Origin: Candidatus Taylorbacteria bacterium RIFCSPLOWO2_01_FULL_48_100
GTDB lineage: Bacteria > Patescibacteriota > Minisyncoccia > Phycocordibacterales > UBA10002
NCBI GenBank assembly: GCA_001821135.1
Contig: MHSA01000011.1
Span: 3,042-67,041, forward strand
Direction of reading: 5' to 3'
DNA length: 64,000 nucleotides
Shown here: positions 55,201 to 64,000 of the stretch, one piece after another
How positions within the stretch are numbered: the first letter of the stretch is position 1
Layout: every line of letters starts with the position of its first letter
Position numbers and translations under genes: made by a program
The notes under the pieces: model-generated
The model's database searches: none
The model's input: the letters and a program-made list of their open reading frames with translations, nothing else
Told to the model about the DNA's origin: nothing

Positions 55201-55345
55201 AATCTCCCACTCAGTTGAGGGGGAGTACTTGAGTCCGTCTAATGCGGACGAATAGGAAGGGTGGGTTCGGGAAAAACACCACCACCTCCCCCAGCACTTT
55301 CTAAAGAAAGTGCTGGGTACTCCTCCTCAATTAATGAGGAGATTT
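55201..55345. repeat. Composite palindromic-family cluster upstream of ftsK
   Basis: Includes CCCAGCACTTTCT-AA-AGAAAGTGCTGGG (cf. polA 7171-7198) and CTCCTCA/TGAGGAG arms. Confidence 0.8.
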
Positions 55346-55409
55346 AAATATAACACAAAAGAAAAACCGCCGTTCGCAAAAGATGTATGGCGGTTTCTGT
55401 AACATCAGT

Positions 55410-55652
55410 TTATTTGTAGCATTTTTTTTCGTTTGATTTACAAACCTCCTCGTAACTTATCCAGAACACTAAAACAAAGAGTATTGCCGCAAACGCAGGT
55501 AGTGTCCACAGTGTTCCCTCAAAAGAGAGGAATAAAAGACAACCCAATAAAAGCAGCAAAAACATTTTCGGTTTCCTTATCACCGCAATTGCTATGCTAA
55601 AGGCATCTTTTATGTTTTTTCGATTATTCTTCATAGCGTCCACTTTCTTCAT
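55410..55652 (-). CDS. Small hypothetical membrane protein
   Basis: 80 aa with two hydrophobic segments. Confidence 0.45.
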   Translation of the reverse strand: MKKVDAMKNNRKNIKDAFSIAIAVIRKPKMFLLLLLGCLLFLSFEGTLWTLPAFAAILFVLVFWISYEEVCKSNEKKCYK

Positions 55653-55815
55653 TACACAAAACTGTCCAGTAAAGAATATACACTACACCGTTTATCGCGT
55701 CAACATTTTGTATATGTTCCAAAATCCCCTCCTCAACTGAGGAGGAGATTAAAGAGAAGCACCTTGCCTTGCTCACCCTTCTGTTTCCCATCGCAAAAAA
55801 CGCTTGAAAGAACAA

Positions 55816-56691
55816 ATGTCTTTTATGTATAATACAAATGTCCTTTATAAATGTCCGTTAGATTTTATAAACGACATTCATATATGTATAAAAAGAGCAT
55901 AAAGGACATTAGAAGAAATACAAATGTCCTTTATAAAAAGACAGAATATCCCGATATGTCCTTTATAGGCGGAGAGTACTTGATTTTCCTTGTTAAAAAG
56001 GTAGAAAACTTTGTTCGCGCTATATACCTAATAACAAATTTTCTATCGGACAGTGAGCCGTTAAAATGGAGATTACGGACAATCTCAACTGAATTAATTG
56101 ATAAGTTAATGTCCTTTATAAAAAGTGAAGTAAATCAAGTGAATATTCGTTTGTACCGCGCGGACTTTTTAGGGTGTCTCTCCGGTATTGTATCTCTGTT
56201 GAATGTAGGAGAAGAGGGCGGCGTTATTTCTGAAGCGAATGTTGCGCTTCTAAAGAGGGAAATACAAAGCTTTTTCCCCATTTTTAATGAGAGAATCTTT
56301 GTGATGCGCAAGGACGATATTGAAAATCTTCCGCTTGCAAAAAATAAAGAGGCGTCTTTTCGGCACAAACCTGCGCGCGGAAGACCCCGTCTTATGCGGA
56401 GGTTGTCCGTTAGAAACACTGAAGATGTTTTAATAAGTCCTATACAGGATTCTGATAACATACAAAATGTCTTTTATAAACATAAAGGACAAGACAATGT
56501 AAGCGTTCGTAAAAGAAATAAAAGAACAAGAAACATAGAAGACATAAGGTCAAAACTGCGCATCACTCGCCAGAAATCAATTATGGATATTCTAAAGGAC
56601 AAAAAGAAGTTAACAATTCGTGAGTTAATGTCCTTTATAAAGGACTGCGGTGAGAAAACACTTCAGCGGGATTTATACGAATTGTCCGATA
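55816..56691. repeat. Dispersed array of ATGTCCTTTATA-like motifs
   Basis: Exact copies at 55838, 55924, 55956, 56109 and 56628, plus ~10 variant or reverse copies. Confidence 0.85.
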
Positions 56692-56774
56692 AGGGCGTGT
56701 TAAAAAAAGAGGGAGAAAAAAGGTGGAGTGCTTATTCTTTTGTTCAGCCGCTTCTATTATTTGATGGAAAATGA
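55851..56774 (+). CDS. Hypothetical DNA-binding protein (N-terminal helical bundle, C-terminal DeoR-like wHTH); start uncertain
   Basis: RQKSIMDILK...LTIREL...EKTLQRDL..L...G.L.KEG.KRW..Y. Confidence 0.8.
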   Translation: MSVRFYKRHSYMYKKSIKDIRRNTNVLYKKTEYPDMSFIGGEYLIFLVKKVENFVRAIYLITNFLSDSEPLKWRLRTISTELIDKLMSFIKSEVNQVNIRLYRADFLGCLSGIVSLLNVGEEGGVISEANVALLKREIQSFFPIFNERIFVMRKDDIENLPLAKNKEASFRHKPARGRPRLMRRLSVRNTEDVLISPIQDSDNIQNVFYKHKGQDNVSVRKRNKRTRNIEDIRSKLRITRQKSIMDILKDKKKLTIRELMSFIKDCGEKTLQRDLYELSDKGVLKKEGEKRWSAYSFVQPLLLFDGK

Positions 56775-56854
56775 GTTAAATAATTGACCATTTTTTGTGT
56801 ATATGCGATACTTATCGATGTGGATTCACGCGGGTTTCTACAAGAAACCTTTAG

Positions 56855-56863
56855 TTATCCACA
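56855..56863 (+). promoter_or_regulatory. Perfect DnaA box
   Basis: TTATCCACA. Confidence 0.5.
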
Positions 56864-56914
56864 CATATATTTTGCGCATAAAAACTATGCGTCTTATAAT
56901 GTTTTATCAGCCCT

Positions 56915-56943
56915 TTGACAATTTAATAGTACACAGGTAAGAT
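56915..56943 (+). promoter_or_regulatory. sigma70 promoter for the surface-protein gene
   Basis: TTGACA-N17-TAAGAT. Confidence 0.6.
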
Positions 56944-57275
56944 AGACAAAGTTGCATTGCGCCATATACCATTAAAACGACATTGCGCACATGCTTGTTA
57001 CGAAAGTAGTAATTATTCACCTTACCAACAATCCCTTTTTGTTTCTGTTGGCGATGACAGAAACCAAAGAAAAAGGGCGTTGGACCCGCATCATTTTTTT
57101 TATAAAAAAGTGATACTGGGTGCCAAACCGCTTTGAGCGTGTGCGCGTCGAACGCGCGCGCTCCGCAGTTGCGGTTTATAGAAAAAATCGTAGTTTGTTT
57201 TTCGGCATTATTGTTTTTTTATTAATAAATACCGAAAAGCAAATTATCCCTTAGTATTAATTTTTAGCTTTATTT

Positions 57276-60200
57276 ATGGATACCATTATTACATCCAAGA
57301 CAAAATGGCTTGCAGTAGGACTTGTGGGTGTGGGAGTGGCGGCGGTTCTCTTTGCGGGTGCGTTCGCTCAAACAGCGAGCGCGCAAAGCTTGACGCTCAA
57401 AGACCTGGTGGAACTTTTCATCAGCTTGGGCATCATTGCTCCTGACAAAGCGGCACAGGCGCGCACAGCGGTCTCATCACCTTCTACTACCGTAAGCACG
57501 ACATTTACCAAAAACCTCACTGTCGGTTCTACCGGTAGTGATGTGAAGGCGCTTCAGCAATTCCTTAACGGTAAGGGATACACTGTGGCTTCTTCGGGTC
57601 CGGGTTCAGCTGGGAACGAATCAATGTATTTCGGTCCGGCAACTCGGGCGGCTCTCGCAAAATATCAGGCGGCACAGGGTATTTCCCCGGCAGTCGGATA
57701 TTTCGGTCCTGCCACTCGTGCCAGTGTTAATTCAATGACGGGCGGCACGCCAATAACTACGCCAGGCACGACACCAGGGACATCTCCGGTTGTCACGGTT
57801 CCTGCGGGAACGGGGCTTGTTGTATCTTCAACGGAACAGCCGGCGGCAGGTCTTGCGCCTGAAAACGCAGCGCGCGTTCCGTTTACCAAATTCACCCTCA
57901 CCGCTGGCTCAAGCGATGTTGTGGTGAGCAACTTGACGATTGAGCACTCAACTTTGGCGGGAGATGCGATATTCTCCGGCGTTATTCTCCTTGATGAGAA
58001 CGGCACGCAAGTTGGTGTTTCCAAAACCTTCAATTCCAATCACCAAGCAACGCTCGGCGAAGCATTCACGGTGAAAGCGGGCACTTCCAAAATGATGACG
58101 ATTGCCGGCAACATGGCGGCAAACAACGATGCGCGCGCCGGCGAAATCTCAAGCATTAAACTGCTTGCGGTGAACACCTCGGCGACAGTATCGGGCTCGC
58201 TACCGATTTCAGGCGCATCGCATACGGTCAACTCAACGCTTGCGCTTGGTTCTGTAACGAACGAGCGCGGTCCGCTTGACCCGAATGCGGCAGTTAACAA
58301 GAATGTCGGCGTAACAGGGTACACTTTCTCGTCTATCCGAGTTACTGCCGGTTCGCAGGAAGACATCCGCATTCATTCCATTCGTTGGAATCAGGCGTCT
58401 TCCGTTGGCGCATCCGACCTTGCAAATGTGAAGACAATTGTTGACGGTACTGAATACGCAGCCACGATTTCTTCAGACGGCAAGTATTACACATCAACAT
58501 TCGGAACCGGCATTGTTGTTGCAAAAGGTCTCAACAAGGAGCTTTCCGTGAAAGCAGATATTGTCGGTGGCTCTGGACGCACTATTGCGTTCAATGTTGA
58601 AAAAACAACCGACATCTACATTACCGGCGAACGGTATAAGTACGGCATTACGCCCGCCACATCAGGCACGGGCTTTACGGCAGGCGTAATCTGGTACCCG
58701 GGAAAAACGGTAACGGTTGATACAGGTTCTCTGACGGTTGAAAATGCCACTTCGGTTTCAGCAACCAACATTGCTGTTACACTTGCAAACCAAGCACTAG
58801 GCGGCTTTACGGTTGACATAAAAGGTGAGCCGATTACAGTTGCATCCAGCGCTTTCACCTTTACGACGACCGGCACCGCAACTGCGGGCGGAGATGCACA
58901 AATCACCAATGTAACGCTTGTTGACGAAAACGGCACCGTCGTTGCTGGTCCTTCAGATGTAGGACACACAGGAACTCTAACCTTAGCTGACACTATTCTT
59001 TATAGTGTTGGTAAGAAGGCCTACACACTTAAAGGTAAGGTTGGCTCGGGCTTCGGTTCAAATGGAACGGTTGCCGTAACATTTGTACCTTCAACAGCTT
59101 GGACGACCGTAACAGGACAAGTAACGGGTAAGACGATTTCAACATCGTCAATGACCACATCATCCGTTGCGCTCAGCACAATGACCGTGAAGACCGCATC
59201 GCTTGCGATCAGCGTTTCTTCACAGCCGGCGGCGCAGACGATTGTTGCGGGTGCACAGCAGTTCACCTTTGCGAACATTCAATTGTCCGCAATTGATTCA
59301 GGCGAAGATGTGTCTATGAACGCTCTTCCGCTTGACTATGAATTGGTGTCCGGTACTACCAATGTAACGAGTTGCAACCTGTACAACGGTTCAGTTCAAC
59401 TCACTTCGGGTACGAACACGGTTGACCCGTCAGGCGACGACAATTCCAAGAGCTTTACCTTTGATTCCCAGATAACAGTTCCGAAGGGAACAGTGTTAAC
59501 GCTTGCGGTAAAGTGCAACATCCCGTCTTCAATTACCTCGGGCTCATTCTCGTTCGGCTACAACGACGCTTCGTCTCCGACGGCGACTGGAAAGGTTTCC
59601 GGTTCATCGGTAACGGTAACGGAGAACACTTCAGCTGGACAGACGATTACCATAACGAGCAGCGGTTCGCTCACAGTTGAGCTTTCCGGCCAAAGCCCGT
59701 CATACACGCTCGCGTCAGCAGGAACGACCGACTATGTCGCAAGCATCTTGCGCGTTCGGGCGACCAACGAAGCGGTGCGCATTGACGACCTTGCGCTCTC
59801 GCTCGCGGCAGCAGATGTGAACGCCGCTTCCAGCTCCCTTTCTGATTTGGCGGGCGGTAAAGTAACTCTCTGGGACGGCGTAGACAAAGTCGGCGAGGCA
59901 ACCTTCGTAACAAGCGCGTACTTCAATACAGCTTCTACGACAGTTTCTACCTGCGCTGGCTGCAAAGAGTTCATTGTTCCGAAAGATGAGTACAAGGACA
60001 TCACGGTAAAAGTTGACCTCTCGGCGCAAGGAACCAGCCAAGCAGGCACTCCAGGCGCGTTCGTTAGAGTTGATTACGAGAATGCGCGCGGCACCTTCGG
60101 CGGTATAAAGGGCACCGGTTCGCAGAGCGGCACGAAAGTTACAGGAACGAGTGCTGATACTGCGGCTTCGGGCTTCCGCGTTGTGAAATCGGTACCGACG

Positions 60201-60911
60201 GTGAAGTTTATCTCGCTCCCGACAGGCACTTCGCTTACGGGTGCATCAGACAAACCTCTGTATCGCTTCAGCGTTACAGCATCTCCGAAGGGTCCTGTCG
60301 GCGTGAGCCAATTGACCTTCCGGTTCTCAACTTCATCAGCCACAACGATTATTGACCTTCTGGACAACATCAATGTGAAGGTCTACACCGATTCCGCCTA
60401 TTCAGTGCTAGCAAGCGGCATTCAGACCGACGGCACGATGCAGGCGAACGACCAACCACTTGACAGTGTATGGGCAAGCTCAGATACGGAATTCAAAATC
60501 GGCGCGGCAACTGCGGCAAACGCATCCACGACGATTGAAATTCCATCAGGCGGCTCAAGGTACTTTGAGGTTATCGGAGATGTATCGCTCTCTGGCGCGG
60601 GTACGACCTACTCGGTTACGACCCAACTCCAAGGCGATGCCAGGTTCTACTCAAACATTCTGCCTTATGCAATCGCAACTTCAGCGCCAGCAGGAGGTAG
60701 TGGAGTAACTTCTAATTCCTTCCTTGCGACCTCAACCTTCTTCACGGAGCCGACCTTCCCAGCAACTGACTCCAATAACTTCATCTGGAGTCCGTTCTCA
60801 ACAACAACGATTACGAGCTGGAATGCGAACGACTACTTGAACGGCTACGGCGTATCAGGACTCCCGGCGAGCAACCTTACTCCGCAGACCATAAGCGACA
60901 AAGCGCTCTAA
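57276..60911 (+). CDS. Large secreted S-layer-like protein with peptidoglycan-binding domain
   Basis: Signal peptide; L.VGS.G.DVKALQ.FLN...YFGPATRAAL..YQ PG-binding motif; T/S/G-rich beta repeats; 1211 aa. Confidence 0.85.
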   Translation: MDTIITSKTKWLAVGLVGVGVAAVLFAGAFAQTASAQSLTLKDLVELFISLGIIAPDKAAQARTAVSSPSTTVSTTFTKNLTVGSTGSDVKALQQFLNGKGYTVASSGPGSAGNESMYFGPATRAALAKYQAAQGISPAVGYFGPATRASVNSMTGGTPITTPGTTPGTSPVVTVPAGTGLVVSSTEQPAAGLAPENAARVPFTKFTLTAGSSDVVVSNLTIEHSTLAGDAIFSGVILLDENGTQVGVSKTFNSNHQATLGEAFTVKAGTSKMMTIAGNMAANNDARAGEISSIKLLAVNTSATVSGSLPISGASHTVNSTLALGSVTNERGPLDPNAAVNKNVGVTGYTFSSIRVTAGSQEDIRIHSIRWNQASSVGASDLANVKTIVDGTEYAATISSDGKYYTSTFGTGIVVAKGLNKELSVKADIVGGSGRTIAFNVEKTTDIYITGERYKYGITPATSGTGFTAGVIWYPGKTVTVDTGSLTVENATSVSATNIAVTLANQALGGFTVDIKGEPITVASSAFTFTTTGTATAGGDAQITNVTLVDENGTVVAGPSDVGHTGTLTLADTILYSVGKKAYTLKGKVGSGFGSNGTVAVTFVPSTAWTTVTGQVTGKTISTSSMTTSSVALSTMTVKTASLAISVSSQPAAQTIVAGAQQFTFANIQLSAIDSGEDVSMNALPLDYELVSGTTNVTSCNLYNGSVQLTSGTNTVDPSGDDNSKSFTFDSQITVPKGTVLTLAVKCNIPSSITSGSFSFGYNDASSPTATGKVSGSSVTVTENTSAGQTITITSSGSLTVELSGQSPSYTLASAGTTDYVASILRVRATNEAVRIDDLALSLAAADVNAASSSLSDLAGGKVTLWDGVDKVGEATFVTSAYFNTASTTVSTCAGCKEFIVPKDEYKDITVKVDLSAQGTSQAGTPGAFVRVDYENARGTFGGIKGTGSQSGTKVTGTSADTAASGFRVVKSVPTVKFISLPTGTSLTGASDKPLYRFSVTASPKGPVGVSQLTFRFSTSSATTIIDLLDNINVKVYTDSAYSVLASGIQTDGTMQANDQPLDSVWASSDTEFKIGAATAANASTTIEIPSGGSRYFEVIGDVSLSGAGTTYSVTTQLQGDARFYSNILPYAIATSAPAGGSGVTSNSFLATSTFFTEPTFPATDSNNFIWSPFSTTTITSWNANDYLNGYGVSGLPASNLTPQTISDKAL

Positions 60912-60961
60912 ACGAAATAGGCCAACTTGTGTCCAGCCCCTTTCTCAAGGGGCTGGAGGCC

Positions 60962-60997
60962 ACCCCCACACTTGATGCTATCAAGTGTGGGGGTTTT
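60962..60997 (+). terminator. Intrinsic terminator
   Basis: ACCCCCACACTTGAT-GCT-ATCAAGTGTGGGGGT-TTT. Confidence 0.8.
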
Positions 60998-61049
60998 CGT
61001 TTTGGTGAAATTGTTTTTTTCTAGAAAAACAGATATACTGATACACATT

Positions 61050-61862
61050 ATGTATTGGAAAATAATGAGTATAGTCGCTATATTAGGTATCTCGGCTCTT
61101 GTGCAGTATGTGCTGTTGCAAAAAGAAACCGACGAACCTGCTGGAACTTCTAGCACTACGCCATTTGCGTCTTCTACTATCCCAGATGTACACATTACAG
61201 ATTCATCTGGTGGCGGATATATCGTTACACCTGAGCCGCTTCCGAATGACTCCGCTCGCCCGAAGGCGCCGGATGTTAATGCGCTTATTGCCGATATTGT
61301 TCCAAAAAACGATTATGAAAAACTTGTGTTTTCTAATCTTACAAAAGCGCGCGACGCGCTCCGCGACGACCCTAAGAGTTACAATGATTGGCTCACGGTC
61401 GGCACATCGCTCAAGCAGTTGGAAGAATACAAAGGCGCGAGCGATGCCTGGTTCTATGTCGCCGCGCTGTGGCCTGACCAGCCGGTGCCGCACGGCAATC
61501 TCGGCTCTCTTTACCATTTGTATCTGAAAGATTTTCCAAAATCGGAGGCCGAATACAATAAAGCGATTGCATTGGACCCGACGCAGAGCGCGTGGCACCG
61601 AGGACTTTATGAGTTGTATGTCTATTCTTACAAAACAAAAACAAATCTATGGGAAGAAGCACTCAAAGCGGGTATTTCACAAAGCGGCTCTATTGACCTG
61701 CGCGTAGTACTTGCCGAACGATATGAAAAAGCGGGGCGTTTTACGGATGCGGTTGCTCTGTATGATGACGCGCTTGCCGTTGCAGAGGCGTACCCCAATA
61801 CAGAAGCGATTATTAACCAGATTATCGGGCTTCGCGCCGCCGCGCGTGCGAACATAAAATAG
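61050..61862 (+). CDS. Tetratricopeptide repeat protein with N-terminal anchor
   Basis: TPR patterns W..VG..L, NLG.LY, AE.EY.KAI.LDP. Confidence 0.8.
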   Translation: MYWKIMSIVAILGISALVQYVLLQKETDEPAGTSSTTPFASSTIPDVHITDSSGGGYIVTPEPLPNDSARPKAPDVNALIADIVPKNDYEKLVFSNLTKARDALRDDPKSYNDWLTVGTSLKQLEEYKGASDAWFYVAALWPDQPVPHGNLGSLYHLYLKDFPKSEAEYNKAIALDPTQSAWHRGLYELYVYSYKTKTNLWEEALKAGISQSGSIDLRVVLAERYEKAGRFTDAVALYDDALAVAEAYPNTEAIINQIIGLRAAARANIK

Positions 61863-61863
61863 T

Positions 61864-63951
61864 ATGGCTATTTCTTTTGAAAAAGTCCTTCGCTTCACCT
61901 CGCTCGGCGCGCTGTTTGCGGCTCTTCTCGTTCCGCTTTATGTTTCGGGAGAACTCTTCTTCCCGTTTATCAGCGGAAAGAATTTTGCATTTCGGATTCT
62001 TATTGAGATTGCATTTGCAGCGTGGCTTGTATTGGCGTTTCGTAATCCATCATACCGCCCCAGGAAATCATGGCTTATGTGGAGTATTTTGTTTTTTGTC
62101 GCGGCACTTGGCGTTTCTGTTATTCTTGCGGAAGACCCATATAAAAGCTTCTGGTCAAACTTTGAACGGATGGAAGGATTTATCGGCATAGCGCATTTTG
62201 CGCTTGCGTTTCTGGTAGCAGGAAGCGTCTTTCGCGCCGCCGATTGGCGGAGGTTTGTCCTCGGGTCGCTTGGCGTCAATGTTTTTATTCTCGGTTACGC
62301 ATTGCTTCAATTCTCGGGTATTCTTTCTATTAACCAGGGCGGGGTGCGCGTAGACGCAACTCTCGGTAATGCTATTTATCTAGGTGTCTATGCTCTTTTT
62401 CATATATTTTTCTCCATTCTTGCCGCGTATAATGCACGCAAAGAAGGCAGAAGCGTATGGCTGATTGGCTGTTTCGCGGCACTTGCGTTCGGTAATGTTG
62501 TACTTGTATTTCTTTCCGCGACTCGCAGTATCGTTCTTGGGCTTTTCGCGGCGTTTGTCGTTTCTTCCCTTTTTCTTGTATTTTCGCGCGCCGCGCCGCG
62601 GCGCACGCGGATGGTTGGAGCAGTCGGTCTCGTTCTCGCAGCGCTCGCTGTTGGCGGGTTTTTTGCGGCGCGCGAAATAACCGTACTCCGCAATCACCCT
62701 ATGTTCGGTCGCATTCTTTCAATCTCTTTCGTAAATGATGATGCCGCTGCGCGGTTCACGATATGGAACATTGCCCTAAAAGGATTCGCGGAACGGCCGC
62801 TTTTTGGCTGGGGGCAGGAGGGTTTCAGTTTCCCATTCAGCAAACACTATGACCCGAGCTTGTATGGCAGGGAACAATGGTTTGACCGCGCGCATAACAC
62901 TTATTTGGATTGGCTGGTGGCGGCGGGCATATTCGGGTTTCTTGCATATCTTGCTCTTTGGATTTCCGCAGGCCGCGCCGTTTTTCGCAGAGATAGATTT
63001 TCTCCTGCGGAGCGCGCGCTCTTCGCCGGTTTTGGCGCGGCGTACGCAGTCAACAGCATATTTGTGTTTGACAACGGTGTGAGTTATTTCTTGTTGTGTA
63101 TGCTTCTTGCCTACATACATTTTCGCGAAACAGAAGGGGCGGCTCCTCTCTTTTCAACAACCGCTATTCTTCAGAATGGCGCGCTGGCGCGCGCATTCGC
63201 GCCGACCGTTTTGATAATACTTTCGGTGTCGCTCTATTGGTTTAATGCGCGGCCTGCGTATGCAGGAGCCATGCTTCTTAATGCGCTTCATCCTCATCCC
63301 GACGGACCTCTGGAAAATCTAGCAATTTTCCGCAGGGCGCTCGCGCTCAACTCGTTTGCAACTGCGGAAATACGGGAACAACTTGCGCAAGTAACGACTG
63401 CGGTCGCCCAAATTGCCGATGTTCCGGTCGCCGTCAAGCAGGAATTTTTAGCTCTCGCCGCAAGCGAGTTGGACAAAGAAATCAAAAAACGCCCCGCTGA
63501 CGCTCGTTACTATACTTTTATGGGAGCGTTGCTTGACGCTTTCCACTTATATGAACAAGGATTTCCCTATTGGAAAGAGGGTCTCGCGCGCTCGCCTAAA
63601 AAGCAAATGCTTCTCTTTCAGATAGGCACTAATCGGTTTAATGCTGGGAAACTTGAAGATGCCGCGGCATATTTCAGAGATGCATATCTGTTGAATCCCA
63701 ACAATCACGAAGCAGTTATTGTGTATGCATCCGTCCTTATATATGCCGGCGATAAAGAAACCGAACAAAAAGTATTAGCGACGCCGTCGTATGCGCAAAA
63801 TTCTTCCGATGATGTGCGGCTCGTTACTGCGTACGAAACCGTTGGCCGTATCAGTGATGCGATTACGCTGATTATGAGGCGTCTTGAGCGTGAACCGAAC
63901 AATAAAACATTTCAGCAAAAATTAGAGCAATTGGAAAAACTTAAGCGATGA
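61864..63951 (+). CDS. O-antigen ligase-family membrane protein with C-terminal TPRs
   Basis: ATLGN, SATR, RPLFGWG.E.F, DRAHN.YLD, G.FG Wzy_C-like motifs. Confidence 0.9.
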   Translation: MAISFEKVLRFTSLGALFAALLVPLYVSGELFFPFISGKNFAFRILIEIAFAAWLVLAFRNPSYRPRKSWLMWSILFFVAALGVSVILAEDPYKSFWSNFERMEGFIGIAHFALAFLVAGSVFRAADWRRFVLGSLGVNVFILGYALLQFSGILSINQGGVRVDATLGNAIYLGVYALFHIFFSILAAYNARKEGRSVWLIGCFAALAFGNVVLVFLSATRSIVLGLFAAFVVSSLFLVFSRAAPRRTRMVGAVGLVLAALAVGGFFAAREITVLRNHPMFGRILSISFVNDDAAARFTIWNIALKGFAERPLFGWGQEGFSFPFSKHYDPSLYGREQWFDRAHNTYLDWLVAAGIFGFLAYLALWISAGRAVFRRDRFSPAERALFAGFGAAYAVNSIFVFDNGVSYFLLCMLLAYIHFRETEGAAPLFSTTAILQNGALARAFAPTVLIILSVSLYWFNARPAYAGAMLLNALHPHPDGPLENLAIFRRALALNSFATAEIREQLAQVTTAVAQIADVPVAVKQEFLALAASELDKEIKKRPADARYYTFMGALLDAFHLYEQGFPYWKEGLARSPKKQMLLFQIGTNRFNAGKLEDAAAYFRDAYLLNPNNHEAVIVYASVLIYAGDKETEQKVLATPSYAQNSSDDVRLVTAYETVGRISDAITLIMRRLEREPNNKTFQQKLEQLEKLKR

Positions 63952-64000
63952 ATACTCACCTCTTATCTCGCGCAGGTGCCGGCGCACTTTTTCTAGTTCC

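Noticed and set aside
56780-56900. Replication origin
   Set aside because: There is only one perfect DnaA box and one weak one, no dnaA/dnaN nearby, and skew could not be computed.
1-64000. UGA recoding (genetic code 25)
   Set aside because: TGA terminates conserved genes at their expected ends (e.g. ileS, metG, recO), and long genes have no internal TGA.

Overview
This 64-kb window looks like a Patescibacteria (CPR, Parcubacteria-like) chromosome segment using genetic code 11. It is dense with housekeeping genes (ruvB, ruvA, polA, tsaE, pilB/pilM/N/O, rpsT/F/R, rplS/K, secE-nusG, argS, ileS, glyQS, metG, recA, recO, ftsK, efp, ssb), has six tRNA genes and an S-layer-like surface protein. 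Five things stand out. (1) A pyrimidine/folate cluster (30148-34498) looks re-wired. The ThyA homolog has the cytosine-specifying Asp in place of the dUMP-specifying Asn, and the Dcd homolog lacks the catalytic Glu. They sit next to DHFR, a Zn-dependent deaminase, Tmk and GlyA, which suggests a dCMP -> 5-methyl-dCMP -> dTMP route that avoids dUMP. (2) A diversity-generating retroelement (16889-19281) has a 114-bp TR/VR pair, an avd encoded antisense between TR and RT, and apparent inactivating lesions. (3) An orphan MazF/PemK-like gene faces a convergent promoter driving a UUCG/GCAA-tetraloop RNA. (4) An HTH gene carries an array of ATGTCCTTTATA DNA motifs within its own sequence. (5) Several families of palindromic or short repeats occur, some inserted in frame in essential genes. 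All alignments and counts were done by eye, and all functional statements are hypotheses.
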